In this document: positions 25,145 through 37,847 of the stretch, piece by piece
Layout: each line of letters opens with the position of its first letter
Position numbering within the stretch: the stretch's first letter is position 1
Source: Felis catus
Lineage: Eukaryota
Reading direction: 5' to 3'
NCBI RefSeq assembly: GCF_018350175.1
Contig: NC_058369.1
Location: forward strand, 44,454,001-44,518,000
DNA: 64,000 nucleotides
Made by a program: the position numbers and the translations under genes
Notes under the pieces: model-generated
Databases searched by the model: none
Seen by the model: only the letters and a program-made list of their open reading frames with translations
Told to the model about the DNA's origin: nothing

Positions 25145-27446
25145 GGAAACCATGAAATTTGTATCTTTCCCCAAATTTGTATAAACTCTTTTTGAATGAC
25201 TTAGCTATACGTTTTGGATATTGTTCTGTATCAATAAATTTGTTTCTATGTTGTTTCCAATAGTTTTAGAATGCAGTTGTCCCCCCCCAAAAAAAATCCC
25301 ACAAATGTTAAACTGTTCACGAAACAATAGATTAGTTTTATAACTTCTCTGTAACTTACATTAAAGTTTAAAATTATACATCCTGAGTTTATCATCTGTT
25401 TTAGATTCAAAGCTGTCATTCTTGTTAATTCTCTTAAGTGCTATTTTATGGTTTATATACCTTATGTATAGTTCTTAATTTGGCTAATTTTTAAAAAGAG
25501 GACTGAATTATTTAACAAATTTAATGTAATCCTTAATGGCTGTTATTTTTCTTTTGTTGTATTTATCTAGTTTTTGCCCATGTACATATGTATTTTTCAT
25601 ATTTCTAATTCTGATTTATAGAATATTACATATATACATGTATGGAATTTTCTGTATATTAAAACGTTCTGTTTTCATATTACCTTTATCAAATATTTTG
25701 AATTACCATAAAATTTCTCATAAAATTTATATACCATAAATATTATTGACGTAGTTATTCTCCATTGCTAAACATTTAGTTTCCTGGTAGCTTCATTAAG
25801 CTTTTGGAATTCATGCTGTGGTACCTGTGACTAGTCTAAATAAAGAATAATACTTATCTATTTGAAAAGTAGATCAAAGACTATGACATCTTGTTGATTT
25901 CTGGTAATTATTTCCATAAGTATTATCCATAAGAAAAATAATATTGAAATTTATTAATTTAGGATGACATTTTTTTCCCTCAAAATTAGCATAAACTGGT
26001 AGGATAGAAAACAGTAACAGAGGGATAAGATTCAGTTCTAATGTTAAATTTTCATCATCATAATTTTAATTTTCATCAGAATTTTAATCAGAAATTTAAT
26101 TTTCTAATTTCAGAATTTTAATTTTGAATACATTGTGTACCATATTAGCTGAATGTGTTAGCTTTTCATATGAACCTCAACTTATCCCATGTCTGCAACA
26201 TAAAACTTTGTCTTTAGAATCCTTGTCAGTTGCCACTAACTTCTTTTCACATATGTGTCTTGGGGGAAAAAAGTAAATTTTTCTTAGTTCACCAACTTTA
26301 TTGTTTTCCCTTTAATCTGCACCTGAGATAATAATGTTGAGAACAAAAGTATTTGGAAATACCCTAGGTATAAATCACCTAAGCGATTCAATATCAGAAG
26401 TGTATGTTATTTACACTTAGAAAATAAACTTTGACTTTTTGTCCTTCACCACATAGTCCTGATGCAAAAATCAATGAGGTGTTCTAGTTTCCCAAACGTG
26501 ATTTCTTTTTATCTTCTTCACAATGAAAAGGAAACATGAAATTAATAAGTAAACAGATTCCCAAGCTTTGTTCCTGGATGCTGAACATCTACATACTCCA
26601 AAATGTAGGTAAAATCTTTGAAGTAAAATAGTGGCTTTTTTCTTCTGATACCTGATGTGAATGAATGGGAAAATTTTTGCATCATGAAATGCTATTTTGC
26701 ATACTCTAAATTGCCACTGCTCTCGCAGCCCTTGCAGTTTAAAGCTAGGAGGGGATTTGGAGTTATTCTAATTTTTTTTTTGTAGATCCAATAACTATAT
26801 TGAGAGAATGTCTTTAAACAAATACAGATCTTGTATCAAAACTGAAAGTGGCAGAGGAAGAGATAATATTCCATAATCTGCATCATCAGTGTGTGTATCT
26901 GTGAATATGCTTTGAGCTAAGAGATGATTTAAAAAACTGAGAGGTGCAAGAGCAGTCCAACGAAGGTAACATAAATTACTAGCCATGCAATTTCTTGGCC
27001 TCTCTTTACGAAGTTTATTTTCTTTTATGATTCATTATGAATCATAGGATTCATTTATTTTCTTTTATGATTCATCTACCAGGTAGATGTGGTTGCATTT
27101 TAAAATGCACCAGATCATTGTGGGTTACGTGGAGTTGCATCATTGCATGGCACCACTCATCTGGGTTAACAGTTAGTTTAGAAATCCATTTCTCCTGGGC
27201 AGTGAGTTTTAATTTCTGTTGTAACAATAGAAAGTAGTCAATTGAGAGAGTAGACGTGTGTGGTTGTAAAGCAGAGAGGAGAAAAGGGGCTGAGGCTACA
27301 ACTGTGTTTTTTCTGCTTCCACTCTCCAGGTACTGGATGTTACAAGTTAATGCTTATTGCTGTAGGTGGTTTCAGTGGTCTGATAAAAATAGCAGATGTT
27401 TCAATATGAAGTGTTCATTGTCTGTAGAAATTCTAAATGTAATTCT

Positions 27447-27570
27447 CTTTTTTAATTTTATTTTAGTGTATTTTGTTGTATTTTAATTCCAGTATAGTTA
27501 ACATACACTGTTATGTTAGTTTCAGGTGTACAACATTGTGCTTCAACAATTCCATATATTACCCAGTGCT
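27447..27570 (-). mobile_element. Carnivore L1 3' terminal fragment
   Basis: ttaattccagtatagttaacatacactgttatgttagtttcaggtgtacaa. Confidence 0.78.
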
Positions 27571-27921
27571 AAAAAAGAATCATTTTCAAATATAACATAG
27601 TTAATAAAGTAGCCAATTCCATAAACATTTAGTTTGATAACTAATAGCAGCTCAAAAAATATTCAGGGCCAATTACAAGGAAAAGTGAATTTTTTTAACA
27701 ACATTTTCTGTATTTTATTTTTCTTGATGCGAGCCTTATTAAGCTTGTGCTTCTGTAGCTTTCTGTTTATTTGCCCATTAACAAAGTAGAGATACTAAAA
27801 GGATAAAAGAATAAAGTTGGAAGAAGGGAAATAGTCAATATTATCAATTAATATTTATGCACTTGATTTATTTGAGAGAACAGAAATATTAAAACAATGA
27901 TTTAGGATTATAGAGATTTTA

Positions 27922-28040
27922 GGGGTGCCTGACTGGATCAGTCAGTGGTAACATGTGACTCTTGATTTCGGGGTTGTAGGTTCAAGCCCCATCTTATATG
28001 TAGACATTACTTGAAAGAGTAAAATCTTACAAAAAAAAAA
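27922..28040 (+). mobile_element. SINEC_old-like short SINE
   Basis: ggggtgcctgactggatcagtcag...gactcttgatttcggggttgtaggttcaagcccc...aaaatctt-polyA. Confidence 0.85.
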
Positions 28041-31000
28041 GCTTCTATTTTGCTGAGGAGGAAATTGTACCTATGTCTTTGTTTTGTGGTGTTACCTCCT
28101 AACTGTGGACAGCTATTGTCTAGAACTCTAGATCAGATTTAGGGTGTTTGGAGAATTGTTTGTATGTTGAAACTCATTTGAATTATGAAAGATCTCAAAA
28201 AGAATATCTTGAAGGAGCTCTTAAACCTGGCAACATTGGCAAATGGCAATTTGCAGATATGGAGTTTGGGGACTTCTAGGGTACTTCCCTTATTTTTGTT
28301 TTTCTGGAGTAGAGTGAGGGTATAGTAAGGAAATAATAGTAAGCCATATGGTCATTTGTGCGTTCATCATTTTCTTGTGCCAGCAAAACTTCTCATGGAA
28401 CTTTTATTAACATTATTTTGCAAGCAAATCAAGAAAAAAATAACTTTTTTCCAAATGAAGGAATTGGGCAGGATAAACAGGGTTGACTTAGAAATCACAA
28501 AGCATTTAGCATCACTTCCTTAGTATAACAGAAGATAAACTTTGGGATTGTAAAACTGTTCACTGTTCAGGATGCTATTTACCCTACATCTGTCACATAG
28601 AATTTTCTCAGAATACTTGATACAAACTCTTCCGGACATTAAGTTTAAAATTAATTGGCAGTCAATGGCAGAGGGTAGAGTCACTTAAATTTGCTAAAGC
28701 AAGCACAGTGACATCTACCAGAATACATGTCACATTGTTCTCAGAATGCCAACGGCAAAAATATGTGCTGAGGAAGGCTGTACGGTGTGACTATGTTGGA
28801 GGCCTCCTTCAACTCTTAATTAGTTTGCAATGAGTGGAGATGCCATCTTGACTGGCTGTGAGGGATAGCATTAGGCCGGGCAGTGACCTTGGCAAGTCTA
28901 ATATTTATGTCTGTAGAATTGAGTTTTAAAACTAAAGGGCATTACACAGGTGTTTCCAAGTATTTTGAGGCAGGAATGTGGAAACTATAGATCATTAAAT
29001 CTGATTACCAGTGTATACAGTGACCAGTGCAGGACATACTTCCTGCAGGTATCAGCCTACCTTTGGGCCTGTAGCACCATACTCCTTGCCATCTAATACC
29101 ATTTTAGCAACATTATTATTTTTTTTATTTTGAGCCTGAACATCCTGGCAGGTTAAATTATGGGGGGAGTTGTTCCTTCTGATAAATCAGCAAGGAAGCT
29201 AGACAAAAGACTGGGTGGGAAATCGCTGGCCTCTCAGCCACCAGCCTTATCTCCTGGATAAATGTGAAGCATGCAGTTACATTTGAGAATCTCTAATAGT
29301 CAGATAAGCAAACAAGGCTTTCTGTGAACCCAGGTTAAAATGTTTGATTATGAGATACAATTTAAGGCCAAAGGAAGAGATGTAGCAAAGAGAGAATAGT
29401 AGAGGAAGGGAAACAGAATCGCTGTAATGAACTAGCACCAAGAAATCTTCTGCAGAGGAAAAGTATAAACAAGAAATAATCTCCCAAACACAGGACTTAA
29501 GCCTCTACATTTTCTTTTTATTCTTAACGGTCTGCCTAGCAACAGCTGATACAGTACAGTTTTTGCTGAATGTCAGATTGAGAGCTCCAGAAGGTTTATT
29601 TCTGCAGGAGATTAAGGTACAAATATTTCCAGATTAGTTTCAGGGTGACAAGATCAACTCCCAGCATGAGGCCTCTGCCATCACAGAGATGCTTTGTGGC
29701 ACTTTTTCTTCTCTTATAAATGAAGTGGCAAAATTGCCTCTTGAGTCAAAGGAAAGAAGTCAAAATGTTGTCTTCTTAGGTATCCTGGGGAGTGAGTGTC
29801 ATGTTTCCTGGGCTGGATAGCAGGTCAGGATTTAGGAAGGGGACTCCATGTTCTCTGTGGAACTGGAAGGTCAGAAAACACCTGACCACCCCTGTGTTTC
29901 CCCTGTGACCAACAATGNNNNNNNNNNNNNNNNNNNNNNNNNNNNNNNNNNNNNNNNNNNNNNNNNNNNNNNNNNNNNNNNNNNNNNNNNNNNNNNNNNN
30001 NNNNNNNNNNNNNNNNNNNNNNNNNNNNNNNNNNNNNNNNNNNNNNNNTGCAGTGAACGTGCATTGGGAGAACTGGAAGTAAAATAATCGGCATTAACAC
30101 TGGTTTATTTTACAGAGGGTCACAGCCGGATTATGTACATGGCCATGCCATAGAATGTGCCAAAATCATTGTAATTTATTTATTAACCCCAGTTGCTCTA
30201 GGAAATGTATTTTTTGTCACTTGCAGAAAATATGTGGCTCATTGGCTATCATTAACTGGAAAAATAAGGGTGGATATATTCTGACCTGAGAGTAGAACAC
30301 CAATCCTACTGCATCTTTAATAAAGGGCGAAACATCTAAACTGCTGTTTGAAATAGTCCTTGAGTGAGGACAGAGCTGTTCACTTGAAGCTCTCAGATTC
30401 AAAAGCAACCTTTTAAAATAAAACCCAGTGGAAACTCAATTAATAAATGAATAATAAAGCATGCTAGAGAAATAGTCCAAGTATGATCAAGTGTTTCCAT
30501 CTTAGTGTTGGGTTCCATTCAGTGGGAACCTTGGGATTTGGGCCCTGAGAGAGGATAACAGTGAATAAGGGCTTAGCTCTGAATATTATTATGTGGAGAT
30601 ACCACAGGCCAACTGAAGTTCAGTGACTTCATGGCTTAATCCATTTGGCTATAGAAGGAATAACAGGGACCCCAAACAAGACAGTTCCATTGTTTCAGTT
30701 ACACCCACCTCCATATGATTTTAGCTATGCAGAGAATTCAAGGGACATATAATGAGAGATACCTTGCTGTGTTCACAAATGGTCCAAGTCTGCCTTAAGA
30801 ATCAGAATCATGCTTTCTGCATTCGTTAACACATCCTTTTCCTGTGTATGTTGAGTATTTAACGAGTGGTATTTCCTTAAGCCTTGTTCTAACTATATGC
30901 ATTAGAAAGAAGTATCTTGTTGGTTCCTGCACATTGGACTTCTGTGTTCCTGTCTCAGTCAAGAGCTAGTTTGATAGGAAGGTGAGGAAAGGATAAGCCT

Positions 31001-31494
31001 CTCTCTGCTAAGTATTCAGCCTTGCATATTTTGGATTTACCTGTCCTGGTTTTTCCTTTGAGGACATAGAGAATCCCTATAGTTACTTTATTAAATTATA
31101 AATGCAAAAACTTTTCTTGACATAAGTTACACTTTTTTGTTTACAAACTCAGTTTCACAAATCCTGGACCTAACATTATTATCCTAATAAACCAGATTAA
31201 ATCTTACTTTTTGACTTCACTTGCCAATATTTATGATTGTCCTGTGGAAGTGATTAGTGGTCCTTTGTTTAGAATTATTCATGGATTGGGCTTAAGTATT
31301 TTAGGAAGTGATGGGGACACACTTTTCCATGCCTTAGTTCTCCTTGGAAAAGATGAGAGGTAAGATTATCCTTTGGCAATTGTAACTAGAATGTGGCCAT
31401 CCAAGTATATGTTTTATACAGGACTGATCCTACCAAAACCAGTTGCATAGAATATTATTGGTCATCAAGAAATCAGCAATAGATTTTAAGGATC

Positions 31495-32610
31495 TTTATA
31501 TAACACTTTACTAGACATTATGGTGGGATACAGAAAATATGAGAATACAGACTATTTCTTGTCCTCATGAAATTCACAATGTAATTAGGAAAAGACAATA
31601 AATACAGTATGAACAGGGTGCCAGTGTAAGAGACAAATAGCTATTCAATTAAATACAGATGATGTCATAAAGCAACACTTATTTAAATGAATAGTATGAA
31701 TAATAAATGCTGGGGCGCCTGGGTGGCTCACTTGGTTAAGTGTCTGACTTCGGCTCGGGTCATGATCTCATGGTTCATGAGTTCGAGCCCCGCGTTGGGC
31801 TCTGTGCTGAGAACTTAGAGCCTAGAACCTGCTTTGGCTTCTGTGTCTCCCTCCTTCTCACACAAATAAACATTAAAAAAATTTTAGAAATAATAAATGC
31901 TCTAGGAGAATAGAAGAGGAAATGGTCATGGACTACCCTGGACTTCAAGGTAAATGCAAGAAAATGAATTTGAGCAGGATTTAAAGAGTTAGTTTAAATT
32001 TAGAATTTAAACAGTTAGTCCAGAGTGGAGAAAAGAGTCCTAACATACACACATATGAAAGCAGGGAAATTTGAAAGTTTAGTTATGATGATGATAATAG
32101 AAGTTAACTTTTTATTTAATACTTGATAACTTAATAACATAAAAACTTAATAAAGTTAATATCAATTAACTTTCACCACAACATGGAAAATAAATTAAGA
32201 CATGACAATAGAAGGACTTATTCCATGACTGGTTGTAGGTGATAGAGGTATATAGGGAATTAGGAAGATACACATGGGGAGAAATCACCGATAACCCCAG
32301 GTCTTTAAACCTGGGTAACTGGAAGATCAAAGTGTAGATTTTACTGAAATATCAGGTTTATTTAAAGGGATGTTTTTGGGAGATGAAAGCACAAGTTCTT
32401 TATGAGATGATTTTTAATGAATTGCATAAGATGATTCAAGAGGAAATATTCAGTGAGCAATTAGATGTTTGTGACCTGGAACTCCAGGGAGAAGCACCCT
32501 GAGAAAAACAAAGTTAAAAGTCCTGCTTAGAGGAGGTAGCTCAAGTCACTAGAGTGTATGTGAGAGCAAAGATGGCGGGCTGCCCTTGGGGACATTTTAC
32601 ATCCAAAGGG
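31495..32610 (-). mobile_element. Fragmented ancient L2 (interrupted by a SINE)
   Basis: Purine-rich L2-like segments such as gtcctcatgaaattcacaat, cctgggtaactggaagat and cagtgagcaattagatgtttgtgacctggaactc. Confidence 0.5.
31712..31888 (+). mobile_element. Can-SINE (short CT region)
   Basis: Head ggggcgcctgggtggctc. TSD AATAATAAATGCT at 31699-31711 and 31889-31901. Confidence 0.93.
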
Positions 32611-33002
32611 TTAGTGAAACAAAGTGGGCTTTCACTTTTATGTGGAAAGATAATCTATTAACAACCAGGTTTCTCAAGATACTAATCAAAGGTCCACAAA
32701 TCCACAAGAAACAATTCCTTCTTTTCATAGGGACACACAGATTAAGTCAATTAGGAGAAAGGTAAAATAAAGTGTGAATCTATGAGCTCCCTTTTTATTC
32801 CAGGGATCAGTGGAACATGTTATAAGGTTTTGTGTTGATTCCTTAAGAAGCCGGAAAAGGTATCACTTAATGGAGATTCATATCAATCAAGAAATCATCT
32901 GTGTGTGTTTTTTTCTGATATCTGATGGAATATTTTTGAGGAAAGTAGGACTTCACCTAGAAAATCCTAAGTATGTGTGGATGGTAGGAGACATAAAATG
33001 TT

Positions 33003-33117
33003 TGTGTGTGTGTGAGTGTGTGTGTGTACATATGTATACGTGTAAGAGTTTATATGCTTGAGTCTGCATAGGCCTGCGTGCACACACATGCGCACATGCG
33101 CACACACACACACACAC
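33003..33117. repeat. (TG)n ... (CA)n compound microsatellite
   Basis: TG run at 33003-33027 and CA/CG-rich run at about 33080-33117. Confidence 0.85.
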
Positions 33118-36100
33118 CATCTTTATTATTACTCCACAATGATAATGAATCAGGATGATTTGTAGTAGTCAAAAATATACAGACTTAAACTTATTCATAA
33201 ACTTATGTTAGGACAAAGTGGAAGGTGGAGTAATTTGCTTATATCACCAGTATTATTTTGAAATAATTACAGAAACATTTTTGAGAAAAAAAAGACACTA
33301 ACCACTTTCTTTAATAGTAATAGAAAGAGACATACCATGGAACATCAGTTTGTCAGGCATGTGAGGGTTTTGAATAATGTAGGAAAGGAAATAAATATCT
33401 TCCCTAATGGAGATGTACAGATACATGTTGATCATCAACTCTTTCATAAATATTTATTTCCATGCCAATTTCTATTAGAGGATTATTCACAAGCATTGTG
33501 AATGGCCAACTTTAGCTGGATTTATTGGCTTGCAACTGCTTTTTTTAGTTTTAGTTTTTTCTATAGTTATTAATAGAACCCCTCATTTGTAATCCACATG
33601 TTGTCTTCATTTTATTTAGGGAAACAGTAAAGCATCAGAGAGGAAATAAAAATGGGCTAAAGTGGATACTCAGAATTTCTTGTTACCTGATTCAGCATTG
33701 AAAACAGATACTCCTACCTTCTGACCAAGGAGACAAAATTTTCTGTCTTCACTATCTATTCATTAAAGGGAATGATTTTTTCAATATATAAAGTGAAGAG
33801 AAAACATACATAAGGTGAATTGAATCCTAAAATAAATGAGACCAGAGTAAAGAGCACCGAGTCCCACTTAAATGGATTCATATATCTAGGTTTCAGTGGA
33901 TTAAAACTCGTGGTACTTTTACAAACATAACAAAATAAAAAGCAAGAACATTCAGGTGTTTTGGTAGAAACCACTTAGAATAGTGTTTTAGGAATGCTGG
34001 AGATCAGGGAGAATTCCAGAGGGCTGACAGAACAATAATTGATGTTGTTCTGACTTTTAAAGATAGGTTAAAGAATAAATTCCATAAAATACAAATGTTC
34101 ATCTTTTGCTAGCGATGAGGCATCTTTCTGCCCTGTGACTTAGTAAACATAGGTTTGGAACAAGATGGGTTCTGAGTATGTTATAAGAGATAGAAATTCA
34201 TAAATTATAGACTGTACCTAACCTCAGCAAGTTTACATCTCAATCAAGAAGTTAACATGGAATTATAATATAGTTGGGATTTAATAAGTAACATTGACAA
34301 GATATAGAAAAGGTGCTTTATTATTCAGTGCAGAAGTGGTAGCTTTGACCTGTGGGCATCTTGAAAAGATACCTGTTTGGAAGGTGATAGTTGAGAGAAT
34401 TTCATTTTCAACCGTAGAGGAATGAAGAAAATAGTGAAAGCAAAGCTGTGTAGCCAGTACAATATGCAGTAGGCTCATGCATGGAAAACCCAATTTGACT
34501 GAAGCACAGTTGAATGACAAGAAGATTGGGGTCTGTGGCTGGAAAAGTCAGTTGGGATTTTACAAGAGAGGTCTTACAAGGATGATGAAGTTCCTACAGT
34601 GTGTGAAGGAGCAAGGAGTAGGAGTCTGGAGACTGAAGTTCCAGTCTTGTCTCTGCCACTCACTCAGTGCATTTTCTTGAGGATCGTTTAATTTCCTGGT
34701 GATGTATTTTTCAACCTGTAAATGATGGTGTCCATTTGTGAACCAATGTGTCCTGTCACAGTGATTCTAGACAGAGTACTTTTATTCTAGGTTTGTGTTG
34801 GTGATCAAGTTATTGGTTGGACACCAGATGAAGTAGTTGACGACTTGTGTTTAGGAGCCATGTTTTGTAAAGCTTTTGTATCTGTAAGTAGAAGAATCAT
34901 ACTCATCCTGGGGGAATGCTTACACTATGAGAGATAATCAAGACCTGAATTCTCCCATGGAAATAGTGCTTTGGATTTGTATATCCCAGTTGACACTCAT
35001 TCTGGGCATATTCTGTTTACAATATTGTATTTCTGGATGTATGATTTATTAGTTTATTTTTCTTCTTCATCACAGCCCATTTAGTTGAATTCATTTATGC
35101 CTGATCATTTTGGTCATTTACCCCAACATGAAAAAGAACATAGAAAGCAGAGTTCTGTATTTCTAGTCAAAGGGCTGCTTTGAAACAAATATCAAAACCC
35201 CTATATGTTTAGTGTTCTTACCATAAGGGGAAAAAAAAAGCTATCAACTTTTGCTTGTGAAATGAGCCTAAAAGCACTTTATAGCTTCTCCAGGGCATCA
35301 GATTTCAAATGTGATGGTTTTTAGCACATAGGGAGAAAGAGACCAGAGTCAAAAATTAGTAGCAGTATCTGTCCAATGTTGTTGGGATGTGGAAACTGGG
35401 AAGGATGAGGATGGAAGAAAAAAAAAAAGTATGTAAAACAGGAATTCAAACTAATTTTGCTGAATTATGGAAATAAGGAAAACTTATTTCTGCAAATAAC
35501 TATCACCAGGAACTACTGCTAACTGAATTGTTTCTTTTCATTTCACTGTCTTTTAGTAAACTAATGACCAAACAGGCTGATTCTACCAATTTACAAAATA
35601 ACGTTGAATATTCCCTGAACCAAACAAATATTTGAATTAGTTTAGTTGTATAGATTAACAGTTGAGGAAACAAAAAAGATCATTTCTACTAGGAATTAAA
35701 GCTATGTATTGTATTTAACTATTACACCAGAATAAAAAAAATCATTTCATCTGAGTATTCTATGTACTATACATGAATTGATGCTTTATTTAGATCAAAT
35801 CTAGATCAAAAACCTTATTCTGCTTTAGGCCTGTGTGATCAAAATTAATCTTTGTAAAAAAATTAATCTTTGTAATTAAGTACTTTAGGTACTTTATCAG
35901 TATGATATCTTTAAATTATCAAATAAAGGTTCAGTTGTCTTTGGTAAGATTTCCAGTAGGTTAGTTTTTAAATAAATTATCCATAAAATATTTTAAGTTA
36001 TTAGTTTCAGACTTCTTTGTAGTAAATGTGCCTATATTTGTAAGTTTTAATTTGCTTGTTTAAAAGTATGTGTTGGCTTCTAATTAGGGTTTAAAGCGGA

Positions 36101-36299
36101 CAATCCAAACCTATTTTGGTCAGTTCATGCTTCAAAGTAGAAAATGCTGCTCGTCAGTCCTGTGTATAGGGAAAATGTGATGCTCTCCAGTTTTGTGAAT
36201 CCTTTCTTACTGCATTTCTAGAACAACGTTGAAGAACACATTGGCAGTGGGTCCAGCTGACAATTACATTGATACTTAAGAACAAAATATGACTATAAA

Positions 36300-36512
36300 T
36301 TGGGGACAAGCAAATGTTTGCTGTAAAAAAGTAGTGAGTATTTTTACTTTCCTGGCCATATGATCTTTGTTACAAACTACTCAGCCCTGCCACTGTATCA
36401 CAGTAGCAGTCATAGACACTACCTTAATGAGTAGACATACTGGTGTTCCACCAAAATTTATTTACAAAAACAGGTTTTGGACTGGATGTGGTCCTTAAAT
36501 AGCCAATCATTT
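36300..36512 (+). mobile_element. MER58A-like hAT-Charlie MITE
   Basis: aactactcagccctgccactgta...gcagtcatagaca...gtgttccaccaaaatttatttacaaaaacagg. Confidence 0.75.
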
Positions 36513-36521
36513 CTATAGATA

Positions 36522-36780
36522 GCAGACATGTCCCAAAGTGAGTTCTGAGGATGAGATGAGATATTCATGAATGAAGAGGAACTTTGGGTCAAGCAATTCT
36601 GGGAAGCACCACCCAGAATACTTTTCCTCTTAGATAATTTCCAGGTATCTTATTCAAGGCCATGAGAAGTCTTGTAATAAAGTGATCTGTCTACTTTGGT
36701 TAATTCACTTTCCCTAAACAGATGTGGACCTTGGAATTTTTTATCATATTACCTCTGTACATATTGGAGAATCCATGATA
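36522..36780. mobile_element. Old hAT-Charlie element (MER103C-like)
   Basis: tcccaaagtgagttctgagga...aaggccatgagaagtcttgtaataaag. Confidence 0.5.
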
Positions 36781-36858
36781 TAGAAGCAAGTTTATCAGAC
36801 TGATCATTTGATTACCACATAGGTCATCATATGCAAATCTTTATTGGAAACTATTTTT

Positions 36859-37076
36859 TTTTAATTTTTTTTTCAACGTTTATTTATTTTTGGGACAGAG
36901 AGAGACAGAGCATGAACGGGGGAGGGGCAGAGAGAGAGGGAGACACAGAATAGGAAGCAGGCTCCAGGCTCTGAGCCATCAGCCCAGAGCCTGACGCGGG
37001 GCTCGAACTCACGGACCGCGAGATCGTGACCTGGCTGAAGTCGGACGCTTAACCGACTGCGCCACCCAAGCGCCCC
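36859..37076 (-). mobile_element. Young full-length felid SINEC_Fc-type element
   Basis: Nearly identical to 16833-17054 in reverse. Perfect TSD TATTGGAAACTATTTTT at 36842-36858 and 37077-37093. Confidence 0.97.
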
Positions 37077-37093
37077 TATTGGAAACTATTTTT

Positions 37094-37301
37094 AAGTTTA
37101 TTTATTTATTTCTAGAGAGACACAGAGTGCACGAGTGGGGAGGGACAGAGAGAGACGGAGAGAATCCCAAGCAGGCTCCTCACTGTCAACATGGAGCCAG
37201 ATGTGGGACTCGCGGGGGGCTCAAACCCATGAACTGTGAGATCATGACGGAGCTGAAATCAAGAGTCAGACGCTTAACCAACTGAGCCACACCCAGGCAC
37301 C
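37094..37301 (-). mobile_element. Older Can-SINE
   Basis: gagaatcccaagcaggctcc...aaatcaagagtcagacgcttaaccaactgagcc; most CpGs decayed. Confidence 0.92.
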
Positions 37302-37317
37302 TGTTTTGGAATCTTTT

Positions 37318-37528
37318 AAAAAAATTTTTTTTAATATTTATTTTTGAGACAGAGAGAGACAGAGCATGAACAGGGAAGGGGCAGAGAGAGGGAGACACAG
37401 AATCTGAAACAGGCTCCAGGCTCTGAGGTGTCAGCACAGAGCCGACGCGGGGTTCGAACTCACGGACCGCGAGATCATGACCTGAGCCGAAGTCGGACGC
37501 TTAACCGACCAAGCCACCCAGGCGCCCC
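37318..37528 (-). mobile_element. Intermediate-age felid Can-SINE
   Basis: gagacacagaatctgaaacaggctccagg...cccaggcgcccc. TSD TTGGAATCTTTT at 37306-37317 and 37530-37541. Confidence 0.95.
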
Positions 37529-37847
37529 ATTGGAATCTTTTTAAATCCCAAGCTAACTCACAAACTCTTGTCTACAAAGCTAGCCAGGGTAAAGTCCTAA
37601 CCTTAACGAGTTCTGAGTAATTTTCTGATTATTCTTTTCTTAGGTTCTAATCATACTACTTTTTGTTGGCAGTCTGAGCTCTTGGAGTTACTATACTTTT
37701 ATTCTGTAGTTAAATGCAATATAGTTTAAATTAATTGACCATATATTTACACATGTACGTACTTTTGAGACACACTGGTGGATGAGATCAGACTCTGTCT
37801 CTTCTGGGAATTTATAATGGCTAAAGGGGATAAAGACAAAAGTTATA

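Noticed and set aside
36842-37541. CRISPR-like repeat-spacer array (four short repeats about 230 bp apart)
   Set aside because: Eukaryotic context; the spacers are SINEs and the repeats are target-site duplications.
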